Position numbers and translations under genes: made by a program
The notes under the pieces: generated by a model
The model's database searches: none
Told to the model about the DNA's origin: nothing
What the model saw: the letters and a program-made list of their open reading frames with translations, nothing else
In this document: positions 18,490-28,357 of the stretch, piece after piece
How positions within the stretch are numbered: position 1 is the first letter of the stretch
Layout: each line of letters opens with the position of its first letter
Origin: a virus
Reading direction: 5' to 3' (one strand)
Virus record (IMG/VR): IMGVR_UViG_3300050821_005343
Coordinates: 13,862-77,861 of that record
Length of the DNA stretch: 64,000 nucleotides

Positions 18490-21432
18490 TTAATTGGCCT
18501 CATAAGCCCCGATGGAAGGCGGATTAGCCCATGCCTTGCCGGCGTGGTCAGCGATTGGCTGTTGCGGTCCCAAATTGGTCCCCGCCCCTATGATGCCTGG
18601 GGTGAAAGTGGCTGTGACGAATATCCAGTTTGGCGTGTCTGGCACGGCGCCCGCACATCCAGCAGTGCAAGACTTCCACACACCCGCGGGATGATGACCC
18701 TGGCCTGTGGGAAGATCTGAGGTAACGACCCCATACGTCCCGTCGGGTTGTCCTGTCGGAAGGTTGAAGGCTGTCTTGACGGTTGCGACGATAGGAACCG
18801 AAGTCCCGGCGAAGGTCGGGTTGGGCCGCAAGTTGATGACGCCGCTTGCCCCTACTGAACAAGCGCCCAGATCGGGGAACGAGTTCTCATTGCAGGGGTT
18901 GGCGAGCGGCACGGTGTAGCCCTGACCGCCACCGGGAGACGAGTTAGTCGCGGGCTGGAGCAGCGGGTTATAGGCGACGAATAGGGAGGAAACCCCTGGC
19001 ATGCCTGACCGGAAGTCCGTCTGCGTCCATGTGCTTAGGCCGATGTATTTCCCCAGAGTCGCACCAAAAGAACTGGCCCCACCGCCAATCGGGCAGTAAA
19101 CCTGAGAGTTCGAGCCGACTCCTGGCGGCAGGAAGGGGATGCTTAGATTAGTCTCGACCGTGCTTAAGTCGCCGGCAACAGGATCGCATAGGTTCGGGAT
19201 TTCTGCTCTCGCGTCGCGCGAAACACCGTCGCCGATGTTGTTGGCTAGCAGAGCGTGGAGTGGGCCTTTGCCGCCGCCTTTCGGCTGGTTTCCAACCTCG
19301 ACATCTTTGCCGAGTATGTCGTTATGAACTACAACATTGTATTGGCCGCTAATTCCTAGGCCGTTTGTTGACGCGACAACGATATTGTCAGCAACATAAT
19401 CCCCCCAATGGTTATGTTCCGTGGTGTTGATACCTTGCATGGTACGGGGGAAGTAGTTAGTCAGATCGGAGAATTGATAGAACTCATTCTCGATTGCCGC
19501 GTTGTTGAAGAAGGTATCGGTTGTCGCGGCTGATTCTCCACGCCCGTTAGTGTCTCCGTATTGTATACCGTCTTGGTGCGCCCATATCTCAGTTGGGTCA
19601 GAATAGTAGTTGTGAACGACCCAATTTCGATGAGTTGAGTATTCATCGATTCCGTCGCCCGACGCCCATTTTATTTTGTTGTTATATAGGACGGTGTTGG
19701 TTGTGTTGCCCATGCCGAGGCCGTCATATACATCGCGGATGATACTATCCTTCACGGACATGCATGTTGCCCCGACAAGAAGATTTGGGTGCGTCGGGTC
19801 AAAGCTGTGGGCAGTGTCTAACGCGCCGTGGAAAGATATCCCAGATACTGAGCCGCCGTCCCAATCGACACTGTTCCAAGCACCGGCAGGTGTTATCTTC
19901 ATTTGATCGGTGAAGGTGACTTTCTCGCCGGTCAGCGCGCGGGTCGTTCCGCTCCACGTGGGCGACGTTCCAACAGGGCATCCGCCTGTTTTGGTGGAGC
20001 TTCTCACTGCAAGGAATACCGGATCGCAGCCGGGGACGTTTGACGATAGGCCGGGGTAGTTCGTAGTCGGACAACCAGTGGCCGCGTCGGCGACTGGATC
20101 GCACGGCGCGATTGTCGCGACCAAGCCGTTTACGGCTATGACCTTAGACCCGCTTGGGATACCTGTGGAGGGAGCAATCGTTACCGACCCATTATGAAAG
20201 TACCCAGGAGACCACACGTAATAGCCTAATGGGGCGGGGGAAGACGTTGTGATGGTAGTTGAGTTAGCGGGCGCAGTCACAGTCAAGATCGGGGGGTCTT
20301 GCGCGGCGCGGGCCGAGATCACTGGCGATGCGGTTACGACCGTGCCGTCTGACAGCCCCCCGCTATTCGGATAACTGGAAGAAAACCACGGGTCTTCAGA
20401 ATGGCCAAGCCATCCTGAGACGTGGATATCCTCAAAAACGATATCTTTTCCGCTGGCGGAAACCGGGGGGTTGGCGCGATACTGCTCGACGTTGAAGCTC
20501 TTGAATAGATAGCCAGCAGCGCCGTTTTGGAGCAGGACTCTATGAAGGACCGGCCGCGTTGCTGCTGCCGGATCGCCCATGATCCACGTCCAAGCTACAG
20601 TCCCGTTCGCCGTCCCGTCGATTGTGCTATAGATGCCATTAGTTTCCGTTATGTCACCGATGGGGTGGGTAGCATCTCCCGGTTCGATGTAGATCGTATC
20701 GCCGGGTTTAATGATCTTACCAATACCAAAGAGCGCGCCTCCGGTGTAGCCTGTGCCGCCGTTGAAGATCGCCGAAACGTCCTTGAAAGGAGAGCCGGCG
20801 TGTCCGGTCGCGCCGGCGTCCTTGGTCGTCCCTTTGATCGGGTCAAAGTACCAGACGTGAGCCTGGTCGAGGTTTGGCGAGACAGGCGGAATGTCACAGC
20901 CGGGGTAGATCGCGTGGCCCTGCTGTAGGAAGTGCGCGGGCGAAACAGGGAGGACTGCGGCGGCGGGATTAGTAGTCCAATTGCTCGTCTCAAACGCCGG
21001 AGGAGCAACTGGCGCGGACGGCTCAATCGGGCCGAACCAATGGCTTGTCTGTGTGGTCGATCCGGTCAAACCATTAACCGTTTCGTCCAGCTCAATCGCT
21101 TGCCCGACGACAGCCGGCGTGGCCGAGACATCTACGGTGAGCGTCGAGCCGGAGCCAAGCGAGACTGTGGGCGCGTTGACCGTGTGCCAGTTGTAGGCCC
21201 GAGTAATGACTGAGCCCGTCCACTGCCCTGCCCCTGCCGTGAGCGTCAGCGTCGTTCCTTGGGCTACGGTGGACGTGCCATTGTTTGGATAATCAAGCCC
21301 GACGATCTCCGGGATGGCTGTATTGGCAGGAGCTAGATCTGCGCTGAGCGTAAACGCGGGAATGGAGGTAGGCGCAGCATGCGCCGCTGCACTTGCCGCA
21401 AACACGCACACCAATGCGATTAGCGCCCTCAC
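18490..21432 (-). CDS. Sec-exported parallel beta-helix (pectate-lyase-like) protein, 980 aa
   Basis: Signal MRALIALVCVFAASAAAHA; Ig-like start; WYFDP..GSPFKD..IKPGDTIYI; beta-helix repeats (GDGID, HQDGIQ); ends PSIGAYE. Confidence 0.75.
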   Translation of the reverse strand: MRALIALVCVFAASAAAHAAPTSIPAFTLSADLAPANTAIPEIVGLDYPNNGTSTVAQGTTLTLTAGAGQWTGSVITRAYNWHTVNAPTVSLGSGSTLTVDVSATPAVVGQAIELDETVNGLTGSTTQTSHWFGPIEPSAPVAPPAFETSNWTTNPAAAVLPVSPAHFLQQGHAIYPGCDIPPVSPNLDQAHVWYFDPIKGTTKDAGATGHAGSPFKDVSAIFNGGTGYTGGALFGIGKIIKPGDTIYIEPGDATHPIGDITETNGIYSTIDGTANGTVAWTWIMGDPAAATRPVLHRVLLQNGAAGYLFKSFNVEQYRANPPVSASGKDIVFEDIHVSGWLGHSEDPWFSSSYPNSGGLSDGTVVTASPVISARAAQDPPILTVTAPANSTTITTSSPAPLGYYVWSPGYFHNGSVTIAPSTGIPSGSKVIAVNGLVATIAPCDPVADAATGCPTTNYPGLSSNVPGCDPVFLAVRSSTKTGGCPVGTSPTWSGTTRALTGEKVTFTDQMKITPAGAWNSVDWDGGSVSGISFHGALDTAHSFDPTHPNLLVGATCMSVKDSIIRDVYDGLGMGNTTNTVLYNNKIKWASGDGIDEYSTHRNWVVHNYYSDPTEIWAHQDGIQYGDTNGRGESAATTDTFFNNAAIENEFYQFSDLTNYFPRTMQGINTTEHNHWGDYVADNIVVASTNGLGISGQYNVVVHNDILGKDVEVGNQPKGGGKGPLHALLANNIGDGVSRDARAEIPNLCDPVAGDLSTVETNLSIPFLPPGVGSNSQVYCPIGGGASSFGATLGKYIGLSTWTQTDFRSGMPGVSSLFVAYNPLLQPATNSSPGGGQGYTVPLANPCNENSFPDLGACSVGASGVINLRPNPTFAGTSVPIVATVKTAFNLPTGQPDGTYGVVTSDLPTGQGHHPAGVWKSCTAGCAGAVPDTPNWIFVTATFTPGIIGAGTNLGPQQPIADHAGKAWANPPSIGAYEAN

Positions 21433-21821
21433 GGTGCTGTTGCTCCAGTTCCGGCCGGGTAGGTCTGTGCGACGCCAGCCGCAACAAGCGCGAGGCTAAA
21501 TGTTGGCGCGCTAGCCGTACTTGGCACCGAAATATTGACCACCCGAAGTGCTGGGTCATTAATTGTTATACCGCTCGGCGTGGTTACCCAACCGACTGGA
21601 GACACGACACAGTTGAATATGATGGTTCCAGCAGGCGCGGCAGAGGCCAGACCAGATGCAGCCGCTGTGGGTGTACAAACCGTACCTGTCGAAGGCGGCC
21701 CGCTAAGAGTGAAGCTAGGGATATTGATTGAAGATACTTGCGCAGACGCGCTGCTAGCGCCGATGATAGATGCGGCGGCTATTGCTCGGATAACGCTTGC
21801 GGTCATTTTGAAATTCTCCAA
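21429..21821 (-). CDS. small Sec-exported two-Cys Ig-like subunit (paralogue of 52478..52804)
   Basis: Signal ..ASSASA|Q; PST..VC..AGTIIFNCVVSPVGW..; ends TAP. Confidence 0.75.
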   Translation of the reverse strand: MENFKMTASVIRAIAAASIIGASSASAQVSSINIPSFTLSGPPSTGTVCTPTAAASGLASAAPAGTIIFNCVVSPVGWVTTPSGITINDPALRVVNISVPSTASAPTFSLALVAAGVAQTYPAGTGATAP

Positions 21822-21834
21822 TGTTTGGGCGGAC

Positions 21835-23289
21835 CTACTTGGCGGTCATCAGAAGGGCGAGTGCGCGGCCGAACGGCTCGCGCTCTTTGTGGATGTTGAA
21901 TCTCTTGAGTATTTCAGCCATGAATTCTTCCCGCGGAAAGCCGGGGTGGCCGACGAACGGCGGGTAAAAATCAGTCGCAATGGCGAACCGCGCTCCCGGT
22001 CGCCCGTATGCCAGCATGTTGTCTAGGATTGAGCGCCAGCCGATTGCGTGGTCAATGGCGTTCCAGCAGATGACGGTATCGGCCCGCAGATTGGGAATGA
22101 GCTGCTCGGCTGGCTGGGAGTAAACCGTCACGCCTTCCCAATATTCCGTAGGGACGATTCCCTGATAGGCTAAGGCTAGCGGCTCGATAACCGCGCACGG
22201 GGCAAAGGGTGGACGCGGGCCGCAACCGATATCTAGGATGTCGCCAGTCGGCTCAATGAACTCCTTGACTTCGTTCCACTGGATGGTGAACCCAGGATCA
22301 GCAAGGTGTCCCGTAGGAACGTGCTCTTTCCACCAATCTAGTTCGAACGGCTGATGGATTTGATGCCACGCATCCATCGTGCGGAGATTGTCGGTCATGG
22401 TAGCCTTGTCGTCGACCCAGGTTTGGTGATTTCCCGGCGCCAGCGAATAGCGCGTGGCGCGGGTGCATGATTTACAGATACTCGTGCCAGCGTTGCCGCA
22501 TTTACGGTTCTCTGCTTGAAGCGACCGCATGACGTGGGAGTCGAACAGGCTCCAGTAGTCGCCCGTTAGCAGGTTGCCGATTACGTGCTTCATGGAATAG
22601 TCCATGCAGCACAGCACAACGTCGCCAGATGGGAGGACTACGTTCTGGTCGTAGAATGGCGTATAACTGCAGGATACAGGCGTGTCGTATTGGGGCGTAG
22701 CCTCGATGGGCTGCTCGCCAATTTGTGCGGTGTCAAGGCTACCGGCCCGCGTTAGGCCGACCCACCCGGCTAGTTCTCCGACAGCCGCCTTCAAGCGGTC
22801 GTGGACCTCTCCGCCCTTGTCCATCGTCATGGCTTGGAAATAGACGCGCTCGGTTTCTCCGAATTGCAGGAACTTCTTGAGGACTTTCCCGTATTCAGCT
22901 TTGTACCGCCAGCCGCGCATATTCCCCTTACTGTCGGGGAGGTGGAGGCAAAGAACCTCGACCTGATGCGCGTGCTTGTCTAAGAGCGCGATTATGCGCT
23001 CGGCGTCAGGGACCGTGATTCCGTAGAGGGTCGTATAGACCGCAACGCGATAACCGCTTTCCAGGGCGTGCTGGAGCATGTCCGTGCAGTCGTCGTTGCT
23101 CCACGGTTCGGCCATGCCGCTAAAGTCGATGCGGACGTAGGTAGGAACTTTGGATAGGATGACCTTGAAATTATCCAGACTCATATATTTGTCTGGGTCT
23201 TTACCGTAGGTGGTTCGTAGCGCGTCCTGTGGGCAGAAGGTGCATTTTAATGGACAGCCGACCATCGTGGTAATTTCGAGGGATGGCAA
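21835..23289 (-). CDS. radical SAM/SPASM + class I methyltransferase fusion
   Basis: CPLKCTFC; SPASM-like C..GDVVLCCMD..IGNL..CKSC; C-terminal ILDIGCGP. Confidence 0.88.
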   Translation of the reverse strand: MPSLEITTMVGCPLKCTFCPQDALRTTYGKDPDKYMSLDNFKVILSKVPTYVRIDFSGMAEPWSNDDCTDMLQHALESGYRVAVYTTLYGITVPDAERIIALLDKHAHQVEVLCLHLPDSKGNMRGWRYKAEYGKVLKKFLQFGETERVYFQAMTMDKGGEVHDRLKAAVGELAGWVGLTRAGSLDTAQIGEQPIEATPQYDTPVSCSYTPFYDQNVVLPSGDVVLCCMDYSMKHVIGNLLTGDYWSLFDSHVMRSLQAENRKCGNAGTSICKSCTRATRYSLAPGNHQTWVDDKATMTDNLRTMDAWHQIHQPFELDWWKEHVPTGHLADPGFTIQWNEVKEFIEPTGDILDIGCGPRPPFAPCAVIEPLALAYQGIVPTEYWEGVTVYSQPAEQLIPNLRADTVICWNAIDHAIGWRSILDNMLAYGRPGARFAIATDFYPPFVGHPGFPREEFMAEILKRFNIHKEREPFGRALALLMTAK

Positions 23290-23310
23290 ATTATGGCTCC
23301 AGGCGCAACT

Positions 23311-23362
23311 TTTAGCTTGACATGAATCGCATTAGTGCTATTGTGGGGGTGTTGAAACGGAG
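23311..23362 (+). promoter_or_regulatory. repeated moron promoter/RBS, copy 1
   Basis: TTTAGCTTGACATGAATCGCATTAGTGCTATTGTGG..TTGAAACGGAG. Confidence 0.75.
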
Positions 23363-23369
23363 CAAGCAG

Positions 23370-23540
23370 ATGAAAACAGGCTGGAGACTACAGGCTAAGG
23401 ACGGCGTACCGCACTTTCGCCTTATGACTAACGGCTGGCTATTGCGGCCGCTCGTAAGGGCTAATTGCGAAAGCTACGCCTATGTCGCGCGCATAGATCG
23501 AGGTACGGTGTTGCCGCTCCGGCGGCCAGTGTTTTTTTGA
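23370..23540 (+). CDS. small hypothetical protein (moron)
   Basis: ATG after GGAG; MKTGWRLQAKDG... Confidence 0.6.
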   Translation: MKTGWRLQAKDGVPHFRLMTNGWLLRPLVRANCESYAYVARIDRGTVLPLRRPVFF

Positions 23541-23587
23541 TGACCCCCGCCGAACTCATCTCATGGCGCAACGATAGGAGTAAGCAT

Positions 23588-24133
23588 ATGACCCTCTACA
23601 CAGTCACAGCGGGCAACGCCTACTTCTGGCAGAACTTAGCCGTCAGAGCCCATTCGAAATACCAAGCTGCGGCGGCGTTCCGCGCCTATCTAGCCGCGCC
23701 TGAGCAGCGGGCCGAGGAGGAGTACGAGCAGAAGCAAGGCAAGATGCTCGTTGGCGATGACGAGCCGACAGACCGCAACCTGTACGTCTACAAGTTCGAC
23801 GACGAAGACGTAGAAGAGACCGACCTGATTTCCCGTTACACGGGGAAGGTTGGAACTACTGTTTACGATGACCGACAGCGGCGGGAACGGTTGATGACTC
23901 CCCAACAACTAATAGACTGGCGCAAGCGCCTTGGCCTAACCGCCAAGGCAGCCGCCGAGCAGTTAGGGCTTAGCATAAACGGCTATGCCGCTTATGAGCG
24001 GGGGTATGTAGGACGAGGATCGGCTATGAAAAAGCGCATACCTCGCCCCATCCCAAGGCACGTCGCGCTGGCGTGCGAACGGCTAGAACAGTTGAAGGCA
24101 ACAGGAGAGATAGATGCCAATGTATCATGCTGA
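23588..24133 (+). CDS. acidic protein fused in frame to an XRE-HTH (HTH starts at 23894)
   Basis: AGGAG RBS before MTLYTV; MTPQQLIDWRKRLGLTAKAAAEQLGLS..YERG..IPRHVALAC. Confidence 0.7.
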   Translation: MTLYTVTAGNAYFWQNLAVRAHSKYQAAAAFRAYLAAPEQRAEEEYEQKQGKMLVGDDEPTDRNLYVYKFDDEDVEETDLISRYTGKVGTTVYDDRQRRERLMTPQQLIDWRKRLGLTAKAAAEQLGLSINGYAAYERGYVGRGSAMKKRIPRPIPRHVALACERLEQLKATGEIDANVSC

Positions 24134-24323
24134 ACCAAACCGCAGCGAACCAAACCGTTGGATGTGGTTTTCGGTAGAAACGCCGTCCGTATTCAAGGAA
24201 CACAAGCTTCCAGCCTCTAGCGCTGATTGGTCAACTGCCGATCAGCGCAAGTTCCGAGAACTTGAAACCCTAGCCGAAAACTATAGCACGCACATCCATC
24301 GATCAGGATATCGGCGTGGCTAA
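24114..24323 (+). CDS. small hypothetical protein
   Basis: AGGAG RBS; 69 aa. Confidence 0.5.
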   Translation: MPMYHAEPNRSEPNRWMWFSVETPSVFKEHKLPASSADWSTADQRKFRELETLAENYSTHIHRSGYRRG

Positions 24324-27300
24324 CTCCGCAGCCGCCGGCCGCCCAAACATCTCCGCCGTCCAGCCCGACATAGACCGTACAAACGGCGCTATCTCGCCCT
24401 TATATTTCTCCCAGCCGCGCCGGAACGTAACCCCGGCCGGCCACGGCTGGGCGCGGACGACGTGCTTGGCCGACGGCTCCATTGGCACCCCGCATAGGAT
24501 GATGCGCTCAAAGCCAAGCTTGCGGGCGATTTTGACCGAAAACAGGCCGCTTGAGCCGGCCCAGTCCTCGACGTGGTGCGTGACGTTCGGCCCGCTGCGG
24601 TGTGCCCAGACCTGAGATGGCGCCGGATGACCGTTGGCCTCACGGCGTTTAAGCCAGTCAGCTAGTTTGGTTGGGTGTAGGCTGACGGCGATGCAAGGGC
24701 CGGCCGCTTGTGGAATCATGTCGTTGATGACGAATCGGGTTACTTCGCAGCCGACGCAAAGCGCCTCGGCTTCGGCCAGCTCCTCTTTGACTCTCTCGGA
24801 GCCGCCGACCACGAGGGCGATCTTGCGGGTGGTGGGCGCGACCGGCGCGGCAACACGCCCCGGCTTTGTCGCCTCGAAGCACATGGACTCGATGCGGTTG
24901 AACTTGTCGCCAATGACGCGCCCATGGCCCTCCACGCCGCGCAGGGCGGAATGGCGGCTGATGCCCACCTGACACTGCTCAATCGCCTCAAAGCCAGCGT
25001 AGCGCAGCAGGTTGGACATTACGCTGGCGGTCCACGCCATCTGGTGCCCGTGAGAGAACAGGATAGCCTTAAGCGCGCCCTTTAGCGTTCCGTCACCTCC
25101 GAATTTCTTGGCAAAGTCGAAATAGGCTTGGTCCGCCATGTTGGCGATCTGCTCAACCGATGGCACGACCACTCGCAAAACGCCACCCGGAGCCAATACG
25201 CGGAACGCCTCTTCAAAGAATCCTATGGCTTGGTGGCATGAGACGTGCTCTATGCAGTGCTCAATGAAAATGTAATAGGCGCTATTTTCTGCCCACGGCA
25301 GCGGCTGGGTTACGTCTACGTCCGCGTCGTGATTTAGCCAGCCGGATAGCTTGTTTGTGCCGCAACCGAGATTGAGGAGGAGACCGGCTTCGACCGCCGG
25401 TAAGACCCCCTTCCCTTCTTCGGACGGACCACACGCGGTCGATACTTGGGGGACCGCAGATCCTTGGCTACCGGGTTCCTTTTTCGCTGACATCGCATCT
25501 TCAAAGAACCTATCCGTAGCCCACACGTCATTGTGGCAGTGGGTGATCCAGTCCAAGCCTAAACTCAAAACATTGTCGTGCGTAATCTGATGCTTGTCGC
25601 CCCTCACGGCTTTAATCGGCAACAGAAACACATCTGATTTGATCAAGTTCGCTATTACAATTTCAGGCGTCGGAGCGACCCGCCTAGCCTTCCAGTTGTA
25701 ATTCTGAATGAATCCTGAATCCCGGACATAAGCGGTCTTGAAAACCATTAGGCCGGTTTCAATCCAACCGGCTATGTCCTTCTTCATGCCGGATACTTTG
25801 GTCGTGCAGCACTCCCGCTGCGCCTGAAGCATTTGGTCGATGAGGCCGTCCACCGGAAGGCGCAGCAGGGAGTCGCCCTCGACGTGCGCGACGTAGGTAA
25901 ATCCCTCCTCGACGGCAATCTCCAGCCCCTTGCAGAAGGCGCGGCCCCAGCCGTCTTTGCCCCCGCGGCTGAGATGTCCGACATTGTCACCAAAGTCGAA
26001 AACTCGATATTGGACCGAAGGATGCTGCTTCTTCCATGCCTCGCTGACGAGGGGCAGCGGCGAGGCGCTGTCGACCAGCAAGAGCGGAGCGCCGGGGTTA
26101 AGCGCGCTGGTTAGCTCCAGCCATTGCTCAGTGAGCGTCTGGCGAGCATCGCTGTCGACGTAGGTTGTGGCGAAGATTAGGAGCGGGGAGGTCTGGGATC
26201 GTCGCTCCCCGCCCGCACAAGAAGCAATCACAGCGCCAAGATCCCCTTGGGTGTTCGCTGCGTATCCTGTGGCACCGTGTATATGCGCGAACTCGCGCAC
26301 TTTGTCAAGTGCCGATGGCATATCAATCCGCTTGTCGCAAGGATGCCGTTCTGTGTGACAGTCGCACGGATTGACTGGATCAATACCCAGCGTCGGCGTT
26401 AGGTGGGCGCCGGCCGCTTGTGTCGTGCGGAAGCTTTCCCTCCCGCCGTAGACGACAACCGAAGGCAGTCCGACCGCTTGCGCCAGGACCGGAGCAAACC
26501 CGGCATTGAAGAAACCAATGTCGGCAATCGAGAACAAAGCCGCCATCGTCTCGAAATCAAGCTCACCGCTGTGTAACTTAACGTCGGCTGGCTGTTCTTC
26601 GCCGACTATCCACTCCAGCTTCGGCTCAAGGTCAGCAATCGAGACAACGAAATACCCAGATCTAGCCGCTGCATAGAGCGCCGCATAGGCAGCCGAATCG
26701 GGGTTTCTGCTTTCACCGTTCCACTCCCGTCGACGAACAACCGGCCGGTAGAGCATAAGCGGCTTGCCGCCCGTGTCCCACCCGGCCCGCAGCGCCTCGG
26801 CCTTCGCGCGCCATTCGGCCGGGATCGGCAACGAGAAGTCGCCCCGCTTACCCGCTAAGCCGCACTCGGCCATCATCGTCTCGAGGATAGAGCCGTAAAT
26901 ATCTATTTGCTCTTTTTTGTACCAAAGCTTGACGCGCCGAGCGTCCCCCGGTTCACGCGATGGTACTTTGAATAAATGCTGCTCGCGCTCGATCGTCTTG
27001 GATTGCGCGCGTAGTCTCGTCGACTTGAATGTTAGGTGAAGTCCCTCGGCGACGAGATCATGGTAGAGCTGCCAGTGGCACGTCGATAGCCAAACCTCGT
27101 GGGTTTGCATCAGCTCGCGCACGACGGCGCGCTGGTGCAAATTGTCGCCGATTCCCCACATGCCGTCGATGACAATGGCGGGCTTGGGCGTTCCTGGCGC
27201 GACCGCAGGCAGGACGAAGGGCGGCTGGGTGTCAACCGCCGTCACAACCATGCCGGAAGAGCGAAGCCGGTCGGCCTCCTTATCGACTAGCTCTACACCC

Positions 27301-27395
27301 TCAAGGGTCTTATGCGGCTGGAGATAGCGCTGTATGCTGCTCGCGTCATAGAATATGCGCAGGCTAGGGCTGGGGTTGCGGATGTTGTAGATCAT
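24303..27395 (-). CDS. multidomain glycan-assembly enzyme: capsid-neighbour-like N-domain + GT9 heptosyltransferase-like + GT-A-like + SAM methyltransferase + Maf/MptE-like domain
   Basis: GMWGIGDNL..PVLAQAVGLPSVVVYG..PCDC..C.KRI (GT9); LLVDSAS..HVEGD (GT-A); LNLGCG..EHCIEH..RVLAPGGVLRVVVP (methyltransferase); ALVVGGS..IND..SSGLFSV..GFERIILCGVPM (Maf/MptE-like). Confidence 0.8.
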   Translation of the reverse strand: MIYNIRNPSPSLRIFYDASSIQRYLQPHKTLEGVELVDKEADRLRSSGMVVTAVDTQPPFVLPAVAPGTPKPAIVIDGMWGIGDNLHQRAVVRELMQTHEVWLSTCHWQLYHDLVAEGLHLTFKSTRLRAQSKTIEREQHLFKVPSREPGDARRVKLWYKKEQIDIYGSILETMMAECGLAGKRGDFSLPIPAEWRAKAEALRAGWDTGGKPLMLYRPVVRRREWNGESRNPDSAAYAALYAAARSGYFVVSIADLEPKLEWIVGEEQPADVKLHSGELDFETMAALFSIADIGFFNAGFAPVLAQAVGLPSVVVYGGRESFRTTQAAGAHLTPTLGIDPVNPCDCHTERHPCDKRIDMPSALDKVREFAHIHGATGYAANTQGDLGAVIASCAGGERRSQTSPLLIFATTYVDSDARQTLTEQWLELTSALNPGAPLLLVDSASPLPLVSEAWKKQHPSVQYRVFDFGDNVGHLSRGGKDGWGRAFCKGLEIAVEEGFTYVAHVEGDSLLRLPVDGLIDQMLQAQRECCTTKVSGMKKDIAGWIETGLMVFKTAYVRDSGFIQNYNWKARRVAPTPEIVIANLIKSDVFLLPIKAVRGDKHQITHDNVLSLGLDWITHCHNDVWATDRFFEDAMSAKKEPGSQGSAVPQVSTACGPSEEGKGVLPAVEAGLLLNLGCGTNKLSGWLNHDADVDVTQPLPWAENSAYYIFIEHCIEHVSCHQAIGFFEEAFRVLAPGGVLRVVVPSVEQIANMADQAYFDFAKKFGGDGTLKGALKAILFSHGHQMAWTASVMSNLLRYAGFEAIEQCQVGISRHSALRGVEGHGRVIGDKFNRIESMCFEATKPGRVAAPVAPTTRKIALVVGGSERVKEELAEAEALCVGCEVTRFVINDMIPQAAGPCIAVSLHPTKLADWLKRREANGHPAPSQVWAHRSGPNVTHHVEDWAGSSGLFSVKIARKLGFERIILCGVPMEPSAKHVVRAQPWPAGVTFRRGWEKYKGEIAPFVRSMSGWTAEMFGRPAAAELATPIS

Positions 27396-28357
27396 GGCGT
27401 CGGGTAGGTTCCAGTGTATGCATTGGAAGCAACAGGCGGGCCGCCAAACTTGTAGAATCCCGTACCTGGGGACACTGAATAGATGCCGAAATTGTAGTCC
27501 GGCGGAGGATTTGGAACAAAATAGCCAGCAGCATCAAAAGATCCGCCGGGGAACCGCGCTCCCCCTACATAGCTCACCTGAAACATTGATGGCGTAGACG
27601 GCCAGACAACAGGTGTCGAGCCCGCTGTAGATTTATCAACATTTAGGGTTAAGGAACCACCGCGGAATAAGCCAACCCGAGAATACGTCCCGCCCTCTAT
27701 TACAGCAGGATGAAAGCCAATAAAAGAATACAGTGCGTCATCTGTGGAGGGGGTCGTATCAAGGACGGTTGCGACAAAGTGCGTCGTGGATGTTGGCCCT
27801 GGATCGTTGAGCGGGTTTTTGGGCTTGATGGGGAACCGTGGGTCATTCTCGTCAAAAAAATAAATAGACTTGGAGTATAGACTAATGCCGACAGGAGAGG
27901 GCCACGGGCCGGTGGCTGTTTGAGGTTGGCTGCGGTCCTGAGATATGCCAGTACCCACAACAAGCTGCGTATATCCATCAGGCAGCTCTGGCGCCCCCGT
28001 TCCCCACACATAATCGGTCGTATCATCAGCCTGATCAGTTAGCGAAAACTGGACCGAGGATTGCAGGGAGCTAACGTCAAAAATAAATGTTCGGATATAT
28101 TCGTTTTGGGTAAGATCGTCTACCGGGACGGGGATTGTTTGCAAGTTATTCAGAAGCTCAGCCCCCGAAGGGGCGTTATTGGTTATCGTAACACTTACCG
28201 GCTTAACGGTATTGAAGAGGGCTGGGTGAGCCACTGAATTATTATTGATGATCAAATCAGACCACTCGAATATGACCAAAAGCAGATATGCCCCCCAATT
28301 GACGTTGACGATCATCTGAAGCGGGTCAAGCCTATACGGCGGATTGATCTTCGCCAT
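27392..28357 (-). CDS. tail-tip / receptor-binding-associated protein
   Basis: N-terminal RLDPLQMIVNVNWG; AT-rich; at the end of the tail module. Confidence 0.55.
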   Translation of the reverse strand: MAKINPPYRLDPLQMIVNVNWGAYLLLVIFEWSDLIINNNSVAHPALFNTVKPVSVTITNNAPSGAELLNNLQTIPVPVDDLTQNEYIRTFIFDVSSLQSSVQFSLTDQADDTTDYVWGTGAPELPDGYTQLVVGTGISQDRSQPQTATGPWPSPVGISLYSKSIYFFDENDPRFPIKPKNPLNDPGPTSTTHFVATVLDTTPSTDDALYSFIGFHPAVIEGGTYSRVGLFRGGSLTLNVDKSTAGSTPVVWPSTPSMFQVSYVGGARFPGGSFDAAGYFVPNPPPDYNFGIYSVSPGTGFYKFGGPPVASNAYTGTYPTP

